The notes: a model not told the origin generated them from the sequence alone. Numbered from the stretch's first letter, positions 9,332 to 19,217 are shown. The stretch: DNA of 64,000 nucleotides from Acidobacteriota bacterium (GCA_963663035.1 OY760074.1:896001-960000); one strand, 5' to 3'. Numbers and translations: made by a program.

Positions 9332-9790
9332 GAGCTCTGGTCCAGTCACCACCATCTCGCTTTAATAGACAAAAACCCACTTGAGTCGGAGTCATGATCC
9401 AGATCGGTCCGCAAGTGGGGACCGATGCAGCCGAATAGATTTAACTCTTTCCAATCCAAAATCTCTTGAGAAATTTTCAAGTTAGAGGTGAGCTTTTGTC
9501 AGTTTTCCGGAGCGTGCCGAGGACTTTCGGTAACGAATGGACTGATCCGCCTTACTGGCCCTGAGGAGCAGAACGACTAAAACGCCCATCCCTGACAGAA
9601 TTCTTCGATGAGAGAGGGACATATTCCTCCCATATTTCATTCAACTACTTGATTCCTAAGCTTTTACACCGCAAATCATCATTGTGTAATATTGTGCAAT
9701 GTTTGTGTAACTAATTGCAACTAAAGGAGTTATAGCAGGAAAATTGGATTCTTGTTGTTCTGTTAGGTAGAATCCTAAACGAGGTCTAAG

Positions 9791-10447
9791 ATGAAGTCAC
9801 GGCGCTTACCTGTCTTTGTGCTGCTAGTAGCTTTTTTCCCGTTAGCTTCAACAGCGATTGGAGATTCAGTCGATTATTCTTTCACAGGAAGCTTCACGCA
9901 GGATGATGATGTCCAGCTATTCAGCTTTACCGTTGACTCAATCTCCACAGTCACGTTGTTCACTCTCTCATATGCTGGAGGAACGAATGCTGATGGGTCG
10001 ATAATATCAGCTGGGGGGTTTGACCCCAATCTGTCGTTATTCGACAGTTCCGGTCTCCTGATCTATCAGAATGACGACGGTACGCCGCCAGATGTGGGAA
10101 TAGATATGGACGTTTTTCTCGCCTTTGATACTTTTCTTCAGATTGTGCTTACTCCGGGAACCTTCACGGTCGCAATTTCGCAATATGGCAACTTCGCTAA
10201 TGGTCCCACTCTAGGCGACGGCTTCTCTAGAGATGGCCAAGGAAATTTCGCAGGTGGATTTATTGATTACTTTGACAACCCGCGAACGAACGAATGGGCA
10301 TTTGACATTCTCAACGTGGAAGGGGCCTATGCCCAGCATGAATATCCCGAAACACCTGTCCCGGAACCGTCCACACTCACCCTCTTGGGTTTTGGTATTT
10401 TAGCAGGGGGAGTGTTTAGGAAGAAATTCAAGTCCATGCCCAAGTAG
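9791..10447 (+). CDS. PEP-CTERM protein, DVUA0089-like
   Basis: Signal peptide, GGFDPNLSLFD...QNDDG core and VPEPSTLTLLGFGILAGGVFRKKFK tail. Confidence 0.88.
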   Translation: MKSRRLPVFVLLVAFFPLASTAIGDSVDYSFTGSFTQDDDVQLFSFTVDSISTVTLFTLSYAGGTNADGSIISAGGFDPNLSLFDSSGLLIYQNDDGTPPDVGIDMDVFLAFDTFLQIVLTPGTFTVAISQYGNFANGPTLGDGFSRDGQGNFAGGFIDYFDNPRTNEWAFDILNVEGAYAQHEYPETPVPEPSTLTLLGFGILAGGVFRKKFKSMPK

Positions 10448-10834
10448 TCCTAGTCACAACCAGCACAAAATCAAAGAAGTACTGCTACGTTCCTGTGACG
10501 GCACTGGAAGCCATCCTTTGCCTTGACTCCGATGACTGCCCCTATGCCTTCTATAACCCGCGAGCCTGAGGCCGTTGGAAGCAGTGCCGGAAGGCGTGGG
10601 AGAGAGCTAAAAACGTCAACAGGCTTGTCTGACCTTCAAGGGTGCCACTATTTCCGAGATCAAGACGTCCGTGTAGAACTCACCAGTCAGTGGCTTCTGG
10701 AGTGGATTCCCATGTCCCCTGTTGGGTGCGAATAGGGTACAGAAAGTGCATTCTTTTGCGTGACTATTCGGGGTTGTGCGGGGTGTATATACTGTAAATT
10801 CAATGGTTACAATACTTGTGCTATAGCTCACGAA

Positions 10835-10863
10835 TTGACAAGCGACAAGTGTCCTGCTGAAAT
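10835..10863 (+). promoter_or_regulatory. Sigma-70 promoter of ygfZ
   Basis: TTGACA-N17-TGAAAT with an extended TG; 6 nt before ATG 10870. Confidence 0.55.
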
Positions 10864-10869
10864 GAGACG

Positions 10870-11862
10870 ATGCAGCAGGAAACTCAGGAGGAGTACCAGG
10901 CTGTCAGAAGTGCTGTGGGCTTTCTCGATCTCTCCGACCGGGGAAAGATAGAAGTCACGGGACCTGATCGGGTCACTTTCCTCCATTCGATGATCAGCAA
11001 TGATGTTAAGGAGCTTCCCGAGTGGGATGGTCGCTATGGTACCTTTTTGACAGCCAGAGGCAGGATCATCTCGGACTTCTTTTACTACCGATTTCCCGAC
11101 GAACTGCTGCTGGACATCAGTACTGAATTGCTGGCCAGAACCATCGAAGTATTGGAAAAGCACATCATCATGGACCAGGTCGATTTGAAGGATCTCTCCA
11201 GTGAAAGAAGCCATTTCTCCCTTCAGGGACCGGCTGCTTCGCAGTTGGTACAGGAACTGTTCGGGGATTCCGGCCCGGGAACACAATACGCTGTTCAGGA
11301 GGTCAAGTGGCAGGACACCACACTGCGGCTGATACGAAAAGATGAGTTGGCCGAGTGTGGCTTTGAGATGATTCTTCCCCAGCAGATCGCTTCATCTCTA
11401 CAAGGATCCCTGCGAGAGAGGGGAAGCAGCCTGGGTTTGCGGGAGATCGGGCGGGAAGCGCGCAACATTTTGCGCCTGGAAGCCGGAATACCGTGGTATG
11501 GAATTGACATGAACGAGAATCGCTACCCCATGGAAGCTCGGCTGGAGGAGGCGATTAGTCTCACAAAGGGTTGCTATGTAGGACAGGAAGTGGTGGCCAA
11601 GGCCACCCACACTGGAAGTGTGGGCAATCTCTTGATGGGCCTAAAAGTTAAAGAAGACCGAATCCCTCCTCCCGACTCACCTGTCCTCAGTTCCGGCAAA
11701 CAAATTGGAGCCGTTACCAGCGCTGTTTTTTCTCCTCGCTGGAACTGTCCCATCGCTTTTGCCTACCTGAAACGTGCTTTCGCCCGCCCGGGCGAAGTTT
11801 GTCAGGTGGAAGTTGCAGAGGGAGAATCCGTCTCAGCTGAGGTGGTGGACAGATTTAGTTAA
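10870..11862 (+). CDS. ygfZ: Folate-binding YgfZ/GcvT-family protein
   Basis: DLSDRGKIEVTGPDR start and KGCYVGQE motif. Confidence 0.88.
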   Translation: MQQETQEEYQAVRSAVGFLDLSDRGKIEVTGPDRVTFLHSMISNDVKELPEWDGRYGTFLTARGRIISDFFYYRFPDELLLDISTELLARTIEVLEKHIIMDQVDLKDLSSERSHFSLQGPAASQLVQELFGDSGPGTQYAVQEVKWQDTTLRLIRKDELAECGFEMILPQQIASSLQGSLRERGSSLGLREIGREARNILRLEAGIPWYGIDMNENRYPMEARLEEAISLTKGCYVGQEVVAKATHTGSVGNLLMGLKVKEDRIPPPDSPVLSSGKQIGAVTSAVFSPRWNCPIAFAYLKRAFARPGEVCQVEVAEGESVSAEVVDRFS

Positions 11863-11864
11863 GA

Positions 11865-12010
11865 AGGAGTCAGGAGTCAGGAGTCAGGAGGCGCGCTTCG
11901 CGCGCGTTTCAAGTTTCAAATTCCGGATTTTGAATTTGGAATTTTGGATTTTGAATTTCCGACGGCCTTCGGCCGGCGGTGGTCAGCTGTCAGCTGTCAG
12001 TTGTCAGCTG
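11865..12010 (+). repeat. Composite heptamer cassette, copy 1
   Basis: (AGGAGTC)3 - GCGCGCTTCGCGCGC hairpin - TTTCAAG/TTTCAAA - (TTTTGRA-like)n - CCGACGGCCTTCGGCCGGCGGT - (GTCAGYT)4. Confidence 0.85.
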
Positions 12011-13902
12011 TTGAGCAGCCCTTTCACCGTCTTGACGATACTTTGGGCATCGATTTCAAAGACGTCCATGAGTTGGGCGGGATCCCCGGAGCGAGGCAGA
12101 CCGTTGACTGCCAGCTTATGCAGTTGACAGGGTTCATTGGCCAGGGCACCGAGGACAGCATCACCCAGGCCTCCCTCAGGATAGTGGTCTTCCACGGTAA
12201 TGAGGAGCTGGGTCTCACGGGCCGCTTTTCGAAGCGTCTCTTCGTCAACGGGCTTGACACTGTAAAGATCAATCACTCGAACCAGCACATTTTGGCTCTC
12301 CAGTTCCTGGTAGGCCTTCAGGGCTTCGTGAAGAGTGATACCCGCAGCCACGATAGTGGCCCGATCCTGATCGCTGCTTTTGAGAACCTTGCTTCCTCCC
12401 ACTCGAAAAGTCTCCTCATTGGGGTACAGGATAGAGGTCTTGGGGCGGCTGGTGCGGATATAGACGACACCTGGGGTTTGTGCTGCCAGAGCCACCAGGC
12501 GCTCGGCACACACTGCATCGGAAGGGTACAAGACCGTCGATCCGGCGATGGCGCGCATCATGGCCAGATCTTCCAGGCCCATTTGAGAAGGGCCGTCCTG
12601 CCCGATAGAGATTCCGGCATGGGAGCCACACAGGTTAATATTGGCATGAGAAATGGCAGCCATACGGATCTGGTCATAAGCCCGTGACAGGAAGCAGGCG
12701 AAGGTGGAGGCAAAGGGGACCTTGCCCATGGTGCTGAGACCCACAGCCGTTCCCACCATGTTCTGTTCGGCGATAAAACACTCCACGAAGCGATCCGGAT
12801 ACTCCTCCATGAATTCTTGGGAATAAGTGGAATTCTTGGTGTCGCCATCCAGAGCCACCACGGCGGGATCGGCCGCACCCAGCTTTCTCAAGGCGGTGCC
12901 GTAGGCCTTGCGGGTTGCCACTTGCTGGTCGGATGAGTATTGGGGAGCCTCGGGGACGGATCCAGAAGGGCCCTGGCCAGTCCCGGAGAGGGAATCGCCG
13001 CCCTTTCCGTTAGGGGAGGTTAGATGAAACGGCTCTTCCAGTTCCAGATCGTCTCCGATTTCCTGAAGAGCTTGCTCCAGTGCTTGGCCTGCCTCAACTG
13101 GCTTGCCGTGCCAGCCATCCTTGTTCTCCATGATGGAGACGCCCTTCCCCTTTAGAGTGCGAGCGATGATGGCGGCTGGCTGGCCTTCAACTGCAATCGC
13201 AGACTCCAGGGCGGCCAGACTTTCTTCCACGCTGTGGCCGTCGATCATTTGGGTGTGCCAACCAAATGAGGCGAAGCGCTTCTGATAGCTCTCGATGTCG
13301 TGTCCGTACATGGTCGCCTGGCTCTGTCCCAAACGGTTGATGTCCAGAATGGCAATCAGATTGTCCAACTGGTTGTGACTGGCCAGTGCCGCCGCCTCCC
13401 AGACCGACCCCTCGGCAGCCTCCCCGTCCCCCATGAGAACGAAGATTCGGTTTCCGGTCTGATTGATGCGAGCGCCCAGTGCCATACCGACACCGACTGA
13501 AAGACCCTGACCTAAGGAACCGCTGGCCACATCGATCCAGGCATTTCGAGGAGTGGGATGTCCTTCCAGGTCACTGTCCATCCTTCTCAAGGTCTCTAGT
13601 TTTTCCACCGGAAAGGCTCCCGCTTCAGCCAGGACAGCCCAAAGAATCGGTGCCGCATGTCCTTTTGAAAGAACAAATCGATCGTTGAACGGATTGTCCG
13701 GGTTCTTCACTTCAAAGCGCAGAAAATGAAAGAAGAGCGTTGAAATGAGCTCGGCGCAGGAACAACAGGAAGAGGGATGTCCCGAGCCCGCTTGAGTGGT
13801 TGAGGTCAGTGAATGTCTGCGCAGGCGATTGGCCACAGTCTGGATTGATCTCACCAAACTTGGCGAGTTATCTTTTGGGAGAGCCTGAGTCTCTTTCTTC
13901 AT
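12004..13902 (-). CDS. tkt: Transketolase
   Basis: GSGHP, DRFVLSKGHAAP, LEGHP, GSLGQGL, GDGE...N and FIAEQNM motifs. Confidence 0.96.
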   Translation of the reverse strand: MKKETQALPKDNSPSLVRSIQTVANRLRRHSLTSTTQAGSGHPSSCCSCAELISTLFFHFLRFEVKNPDNPFNDRFVLSKGHAAPILWAVLAEAGAFPVEKLETLRRMDSDLEGHPTPRNAWIDVASGSLGQGLSVGVGMALGARINQTGNRIFVLMGDGEAAEGSVWEAAALASHNQLDNLIAILDINRLGQSQATMYGHDIESYQKRFASFGWHTQMIDGHSVEESLAALESAIAVEGQPAAIIARTLKGKGVSIMENKDGWHGKPVEAGQALEQALQEIGDDLELEEPFHLTSPNGKGGDSLSGTGQGPSGSVPEAPQYSSDQQVATRKAYGTALRKLGAADPAVVALDGDTKNSTYSQEFMEEYPDRFVECFIAEQNMVGTAVGLSTMGKVPFASTFACFLSRAYDQIRMAAISHANINLCGSHAGISIGQDGPSQMGLEDLAMMRAIAGSTVLYPSDAVCAERLVALAAQTPGVVYIRTSRPKTSILYPNEETFRVGGSKVLKSSDQDRATIVAAGITLHEALKAYQELESQNVLVRVIDLYSVKPVDEETLRKAARETQLLITVEDHYPEGGLGDAVLGALANEPCQLHKLAVNGLPRSGDPAQLMDVFEIDAQSIVKTVKGLLNS

Positions 13903-13917
13903 GGTTTTGGCGAGCGT

Positions 13918-13946
13918 ACTATATTAGAGAGAATATGCACTGTCAA
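13918..13946 (-). promoter_or_regulatory. Sigma-70 promoter of tkt
   Basis: TTGACA-N17-TATAGT on the minus strand. Confidence 0.7.
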
Positions 13947-14002
13947 TTGATGGTTCAACTCTGTTCTGTTAGGAACAGATCGGATAGAAGGAGAGCTCCT
14001 CG

Positions 14003-14548
14003 ATGATATTGAAAGCTGGTGATGGCGCACCTGATTTTGAGCTGCCAGTACTGACCGGGAAGGGTGAGGTGGATCATTCCAAGGGAGTCCCTGAGCTGCA
14101 GACTTTGAAAGACCTGCTGGGGAGAGGGTCTGCTCTTTTGGTTTTTGTGAAGGAAGATTGTCCCACTTGCGAGTATGCCTTGCCTCTAGTGGACCGGATC
14201 TATCAAAACTATCCGGGATCGAAAGCTTCGATCGTGGTCATTGCCCAGGAGGGTGTATTCGCAGCCCTGAAAATGGTTCAGGACTGGGGCATCCACATGC
14301 CTGTCCTGCTGGATCAGGATCCCTTTGTCGTCAGTGAGGACTATGGGTTGGAATTTGTTCCCACCTTCTTCTCTGTTGCCCAGGACGGCAGGATCGAGCG
14401 CAGCTTTGAATCCTTTGCACGGGAGGAACTCAAAACCATCAATGAAGTGATAGCCCGCCTCAGCGGTGCCACTCCCATTCCGTTTTTCACAGCCCAGGAG
14501 GGTGTGCCGGCCTTTCGTCCGGGCTGAGCCACCAGAAGCGCAACCTAG
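14003..14548 (+). CDS. TlpA/AhpC-TSA-like thioredoxin-fold protein, probable selenoprotein (UGA 14525-14527 read as Sec)
   Basis: APDFELP and CPTC motifs. The ORF ends FRPG-TGA, then continues ATRSAT-TAG. A hairpin starts 16 nt after the UGA. The conventional end is 14527. Confidence 0.75.
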
Positions 14549-14555
14549 CCGGGTG

Positions 14556-14900
14556 CTAGGAGTTTGAATTTGTTTCCGTGACTTGGAAGGATTCACCGCA
14601 GCCACAGGTGCTGGTGACATTGGGATTCTTGAATTTGAAGCCTGCCCCTTCCATTGATTCCACGTAGTCGATCTCGGTTCCCTTCAAAGTGAGCATACTC
14701 TGATTGTCCACGAACACTTTGACACCATCCACTTGAACAACCTGATCGCCTTCCCGGCTATCCTGCTCGAGCTTCATCGTGTACTGGAATCCCGAGCATC
14801 CAGCCGCCTCAACGGAGACTCGGATTCCGGCATAGCTCTCCGGCTGCTCGGCTATAAATTCCTTGACTCTGGTAACGGCTTTGTTGCTCAGTGTAATCAT
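14556..14900 (-). CDS. iscA: IscA/HesB Fe-S cluster assembly accessory protein
   Basis: AAGCSGFQY and NPN...CGCGESF motifs; true start is MITLSNKA (114 aa). Confidence 0.93.
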   Translation of the reverse strand: MITLSNKAVTRVKEFIAEQPESYAGIRVSVEAAGCSGFQYTMKLEQDSREGDQVVQVDGVKVFVDNQSMLTLKGTEIDYVESMEGAGFKFKNPNVTSTCGCGESFQVTETNSNS

Positions 14901-14937
14901 GATTCTGCCACTCCCTTTGGCAGGACGAACATACTCT

Positions 14938-14966
14938 ATTATAAGAGAACGACCAGCTTTATTCAA
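14938..14966 (-). promoter_or_regulatory. Sigma-70 promoter of iscA
   Basis: TTGAAT-N17-TATAAT on the minus strand. Confidence 0.7.
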
Positions 14967-14991
14967 GTATCCGGGAGTTGTAACAGTCTCC

Positions 14992-15258
14992 GCCCGGACT
15001 ATGCATAAGTTTTCTACTGCAGCGCCGAAATCACCCGCCCCCTGCCAGCGTTGCGCGACCCGCACGGGAGCGCGGGTACCCCTCGGCCTCCTCAACGTAC
15101 TCAAGAGTACGTTTGCGGGGGTCGACCCGCAAGCGGGTACCCCTCGTGCGCCAGTCGGAGCCGCAGGCTTTAGCCTGCGGGCCCGTGGGCTAAAGCCCAC
15201 GGCTCTGTTTTCCGGCGCTTTCGCCGCTTCGTGACGAGAACCTATGCATAATCCGGGC
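14992..15258. mobile_element. MITE-like element, end type A
   Basis: TIRs GCCCGGACTATGCATAAGTT / GCCCGGATTATGCATAGGTT; internal hairpins shared with the copies at 24518, 31808 and 32540. Confidence 0.82.
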
Positions 15259-15262
15259 TAGC

Positions 15263-15727
15263 TCACACGGTTTTCTGTGGGTGGGAGGAGCGCCGCCGGG
15301 AAAAAAAACCTTGAAGAATCTCGCGGGATGGCCTGGCCAGGATGCCCTCCACAACCTGGACAGTGTGGTTGAACCGACCCTCAGAGAGAAGGGAAGCCTT
15401 GGAAAAAACGGCCCCTGCTTTCTCGTCTCGTGCGCCGAAGATCAGCTGTTTGGCGCGAGCCCAGATCAGGGCTCCAGCGCACATGGCGCAGGGCTCAAGA
15501 GTGACGTAAATTTCTATATCCTTCAGACGATAGTTGGAAAGTTGTTGGCCTGCCTGCCGCAGAACCAGTATTTCAGCATGGGCAGTGGGATCGTGAAGCT
15601 GAAGGCTCCGGTTGTGATCTCTGGCCACGAGTTTATTCCCCAGGACGGCCACACATCCCACCGGAACCTCCCCCTCTTGATCTGCTTCTTGAGCTTCTTC
15701 CAGGGCCAGCTTCATCCAGTGTTCCAT
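15263..15727 (-). CDS. tadA: tRNA adenosine(34) deaminase
   Basis: GEVPVG, DPTAHAE and YVTLEPCAMCAGA motifs. Confidence 0.96.
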   Translation of the reverse strand: MEHWMKLALEEAQEADQEGEVPVGCVAVLGNKLVARDHNRSLQLHDPTAHAEILVLRQAGQQLSNYRLKDIEIYVTLEPCAMCAGALIWARAKQLIFGARDEKAGAVFSKASLLSEGRFNHTVQVVEGILARPSREILQGFFSRRRSSHPQKTV

Positions 15728-15744
15728 GGTTCGGCCGCCCCAGC

Positions 15745-16221
15745 CTAAGAGGTGAGCTTGGAAATCAGGTTGCCGGCTCGCCCTCTGGTCAGATTCTCAG
15801 GAACCTCCTGAGCAGCCTTTCGAAGGGTGTCACGCTGTTTGGGCGTTGCTTCTTCTTCGTATTGTTCCAGGGCGATACACTGTCCGTTATGTCCGGCAGG
15901 CCAACCCGCGTAATGGGCTACATGAAGCATGATTTCGTTGATTCGCTCGCAGGAAATACCGATATTGAGGGCCCCCTCGATATGCCGGGCCAGTTCACGG
16001 TCTCGACCCAGAGCGGCCAGCAGCGCGACGGTGATCATGCTTCGGTCGGCCACGGTGAGGGTCGTTCGGGTCCAGATTTCCCGGTAGAGCTTTGTCGTGA
16101 AGTGATCCAGGGGAGATTGCTCAGAGCCTCTGGGACCGAAAAGTGCCTCGAATACCTTTTTCTTACTCTGGCTTTCCTGCAGGTCGTCCATCGGCCTATC
16201 CTCCCTCAATGCTGCCCGCAA
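15745..16221 (-). CDS. Carboxymuconolactone decarboxylase-family protein with a short C-terminal helical add-on
   Basis: EIWTR...DRSMITVALLAALG...HIEGAL...HVAHYAGWP; the start may be ATG 16191. Confidence 0.85.
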   Translation of the reverse strand: MRAALREDRPMDDLQESQSKKKVFEALFGPRGSEQSPLDHFTTKLYREIWTRTTLTVADRSMITVALLAALGRDRELARHIEGALNIGISCERINEIMLHVAHYAGWPAGHNGQCIALEQYEEEATPKQRDTLRKAAQEVPENLTRGRAGNLISKLTS

Positions 16222-16225
16222 GTCT

Positions 16226-17296
16226 TCATTTCTGGGATTGGAGTGTCTTCAGTTCCTCATCGATAATCTCTGCGATCCGGGCGTAGGGGACGCTCCCGAC
16301 CAGTGCCCGGCCGTTAATAAAGAGGGCAGGTGTTCCAGTGACGCCCGCTAAGGCCCCGGCTTTGACATCAGTTTTCACCCGCTCTGCAGACTCGGATGTC
16401 AGGAGACACTCTAGGAATTCAGTTTCGTCTAATCCAAGTATTAGTGCCTTTTCTGCCAAGGCCTCTATGCTCAAGCCGGTCTGGTCCTCAAACATTAAAT
16501 CATGCATCTCCCAAAACTTACCGTGCTGTTCGGCACAGAGCGAGGCTTCAGCGGCCTTCTGAGCATAGGGATGTATGTCGACCAGTGGAAACTGACGATA
16601 CACCAGGCGAACCTCGTCAGCGTAGTTTTGCTGGATGTCTCTGATGGTGCCCAACAGCCCCAAGCAGTAGGGGCACTCGAAGTCGGAGAACTCCACAATC
16701 GTCACCGGGGCATCGGCAGGACCGTGGGAAGGGTGTCCTGTGGTGGCGATGTCCACCCTGTGCGGCTCGAGATAAGTGACGACGGCGTGCTTGGTGGTCA
16801 ACTGGTCTATATAAGCTTGGTAGTCCGCCTCCCTCGAGAGATCAGCCAGGTGTCGTCGGATCACAGGAAGCATCTGCACTCTGGGGCCATTCATCTGTTG
16901 CTCGTTTGCCTCGTAGAAGGCTTCAACCTCTTCTTGAGTGGGTTCCTCAAACTTGCTGCGAACTTCCTTATCGAGCAGTTCTTCTGTTGAGAGACCCTGC
17001 TGTGAGCCTTCCAGATCGACCAGCTTCTCGGCAAGCATTGCCTTGAGCCGGTTTTCCAGAATCTGATGTTGTTCTCTCTCTTGCTGGGCTTGAAACTGAA
17101 GCGATTGCATCTCTACTGCTGCCAGTTCCTCTGCTGCAGCGCTCTGGAGCTCCTCTCGGGTGATGGTATTCCCTTTCATTTCCGCAACGATGCCTGCTGT
17201 AGAGTCCTGCCCTCCCTGAGCCGATCCGGAAGTGATAAAGGCGCCAAACAAGAGAAGCAAAACAAACATTGGTTGGACTTCCCTTCGCATTTTCAT
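16226..17296 (-). CDS. DsbA-family oxidoreductase with SurA-N-like N-terminal domain
   Basis: Signal peptide; GPADAPVTIVEFSDFECPYC and GVTGTPALFING motifs. Confidence 0.92.
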   Translation of the reverse strand: MKMRREVQPMFVLLLLFGAFITSGSAQGGQDSTAGIVAEMKGNTITREELQSAAAEELAAVEMQSLQFQAQQEREQHQILENRLKAMLAEKLVDLEGSQQGLSTEELLDKEVRSKFEEPTQEEVEAFYEANEQQMNGPRVQMLPVIRRHLADLSREADYQAYIDQLTTKHAVVTYLEPHRVDIATTGHPSHGPADAPVTIVEFSDFECPYCLGLLGTIRDIQQNYADEVRLVYRQFPLVDIHPYAQKAAEASLCAEQHGKFWEMHDLMFEDQTGLSIEALAEKALILGLDETEFLECLLTSESAERVKTDVKAGALAGVTGTPALFINGRALVGSVPYARIAEIIDEELKTLQSQK

Positions 17297-17328
17297 CCCC
17301 TTATCATACGTTGAAACGGCCTGTACTG

Positions 17329-17358
17329 CTAGCCGGGACTATTCATAACTTCTCTATT
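17329..17358. repeat. Solo type-A MITE end
   Basis: CTAGCCGGGACTATTCATAACTTCTCTA matches the left ends at 14992 and 24518. Confidence 0.6.
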
Positions 17359-17390
17359 AAAACACTGTCAGCTTCTGCCCCGGCGGCGCG

Positions 17391-18212
17391 CTACCCGCCT
17401 GACCTTTCTTCCTTTAACGCATCGAGAAGGAGCTCTTTATTGACCAGATTTCGGTCGTTGGAGCGCAACAGGAATGGCTCAAGGTCTTCGATGACTTGTT
17501 TCCAGTTCAGGGACTCTACTTTTTGTGCCACAAGCTTTCTCCAGTTCTCTAAAGAAACCTCAGTTCCTTCGTATCCAGTTTGGGCAAGCGCATTATTGAG
17601 ATAAGCAAGGTTGGGCTCGACGTCCATCCAGCGATTCAAGTAGAAGACGAGGTCATAATAGTCTCTTCCTTTGGTGTATCTTCGCTGTAGAATCGCGTGT
17701 AACTTACCCGCTAGAAAAGTAGGCCTGTCGTGATGGTAAATGACGTAGGGACAATATTTGTTGATGGTACTCGCCTGAATGCCAAAGCCGGCTGGAGGAT
17801 TTGTGTCGATTTCCAGTTTGACATTCAAGTTCTGGTGCGGGTGAGGTGTTAAGCCACACTCGAACAGGAGCCCTGCAAACCTGATCATACTTGACTTAAC
17901 GTTACCTCTTAAACTTGTGCTGAGGGTTACATCATAACCGTTCTCCTCAAGTCTTTTCCGCACGGTGTCCAAATCAGAGGTCAGGTCGAAGTCGGGCTGA
18001 AGTTCTCTCAGATGAAAATCCAAATCCTCGGAAAAACGGGCCAGATCATGAGTGATTCGAAGAGCCGTTCCTCCGTGGAAAACGAGCTTCTCCAGTAGCT
18101 TTTGCTCGAACAGTTCACGGAGAACAATGTGCTGCAAGTACTCTCTCAGTCGACTCCTCTTTGCCCTGTCGGTTGCCTCAGCTTCGACAACTTGTAGTGC
18201 CTGTTCTCTCAT
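17391..18212 (-). CDS. AbiEii/AbiGii nucleotidyltransferase toxin (type IV TA)
   Basis: FHGGTALR, RFSEDLDF, KLHAILQR and KGRDYYDL motifs. Confidence 0.93.
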   Translation of the reverse strand: MREQALQVVEAEATDRAKRSRLREYLQHIVLRELFEQKLLEKLVFHGGTALRITHDLARFSEDLDFHLRELQPDFDLTSDLDTVRKRLEENGYDVTLSTSLRGNVKSSMIRFAGLLFECGLTPHPHQNLNVKLEIDTNPPAGFGIQASTINKYCPYVIYHHDRPTFLAGKLHAILQRRYTKGRDYYDLVFYLNRWMDVEPNLAYLNNALAQTGYEGTEVSLENWRKLVAQKVESLNWKQVIEDLEPFLLRSNDRNLVNKELLLDALKEERSGG

Positions 18213-18859
18213 ACCAGGACCGCTCTGAAATTCAGGTTGAGAAGATTGGATGCTGCCCTTTTCACTTTAGGGCTATGAAACCGCCTTGCATAGCGCTGAA
18301 ATCTTTCAAAGTCGAGTTCTTGGAGGCTCTGAAACCGCATCTCCTCGATTCGTTCAGTTGTCCACTCACCTTCTGACAGATAAAACAGATCAAGAAGTGC
18401 CTTCTCAGGAAGCGCCATGAGAAATCGCCTCTGATTCGAAAGAGAACCTTCTCCATTCAAGGAATATTGCTTATAACCAAAAAACCGCTCCTGCTTGATT
18501 GAACGATAATGGAAGATTCCAAGAGGTGTGATCCATCGTTGAGTCTGTTTTGGAGTGAGAGCCTGGATCAAGCCCACGGCTTCGGGAATGAGACCGTGGA
18601 ACTCGAGGGCACTGTGCAGGCTGACATAGGAGGGCCGAAACAGATAGTTGGAAAGGTAATAGGTCGAAGGGTGTTGGTACCAAAATTCCTCACTCAGGAT
18701 GTATCGGCCTCGTCTCAGTTGAATGAGCTTACCCTTCGCCACCCAGTGAGAGAGCCTTGCTTGAATTTGTGGCGCAGGTTCGTCAAAGAGCATTGTGAGT
18801 TCTTTGGTTTCAAAGAAGGGTCTCTTTTGAAATGACTGCAAGAGTCTCTCGAATTTCAT
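18209..18859 (-). CDS. AbiEi-type antitoxin (type IV TA)
   Basis: wHTH ...GKLIQLRRGRY, PSYVSLHSALEFHGLIPE and PEKALLD motifs; 4-bp overlap with the toxin. Confidence 0.92.
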   Translation of the reverse strand: MKFERLLQSFQKRPFFETKELTMLFDEPAPQIQARLSHWVAKGKLIQLRRGRYILSEEFWYQHPSTYYLSNYLFRPSYVSLHSALEFHGLIPEAVGLIQALTPKQTQRWITPLGIFHYRSIKQERFFGYKQYSLNGEGSLSNQRRFLMALPEKALLDLFYLSEGEWTTERIEEMRFQSLQELDFERFQRYARRFHSPKVKRAASNLLNLNFRAVLV

Positions 18860-19156
18860 ATTTATAACCTATCATATTTAGTAAATTATACATATATAAA
18901 TTATATTCTATAGATTTTATATTGATATCATACTAATAATAATTGATTACTGATATGGAATAGCAAAAGGTGTCGAAAGCGGGGGTGGGAGCGGAATCAG
19001 AGCTGTGGAGAGTTAATATACCGCCTGCCTTTGATTGTGGTCCTTAGTGTTCGACAACCGGGAAACGTGATACGGCAGAAGTCAATACACCTGTAGAACG
19101 TCGATAAAGAACTGAGCTGGTCTTCGTAAGAAACGTAACGGCGGGTAATTAAAGAA

Positions 19157-19178
19157 GGGGACAGCCTAGGCTGTCCCC
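19157..19178. repeat. Perfect 22-bp REP-like palindrome
   Basis: GGGGACAGCCTAGGCTGTCCCC. Confidence 0.75.
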
Positions 19179-19217
19179 TATATACTGCCTTCTTACCGGT
19201 GGAATTACCCGAAGCCT

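Noticed and set aside
9660-9760. PrsR enhancer / sigma-54 promoter for the second PEP-CTERM gene
   Set aside because: TGTGTAA and TTTACAC half-sites are present, but no convincing GG-N10-GC element was found.
14901-15234. N-terminal extension of iscA and ORFs 14863..15234, 24482..24718 and 32532..32801
   Set aside because: They run through MITE sequence; the shared peptides simply reflect the DNA repeat.
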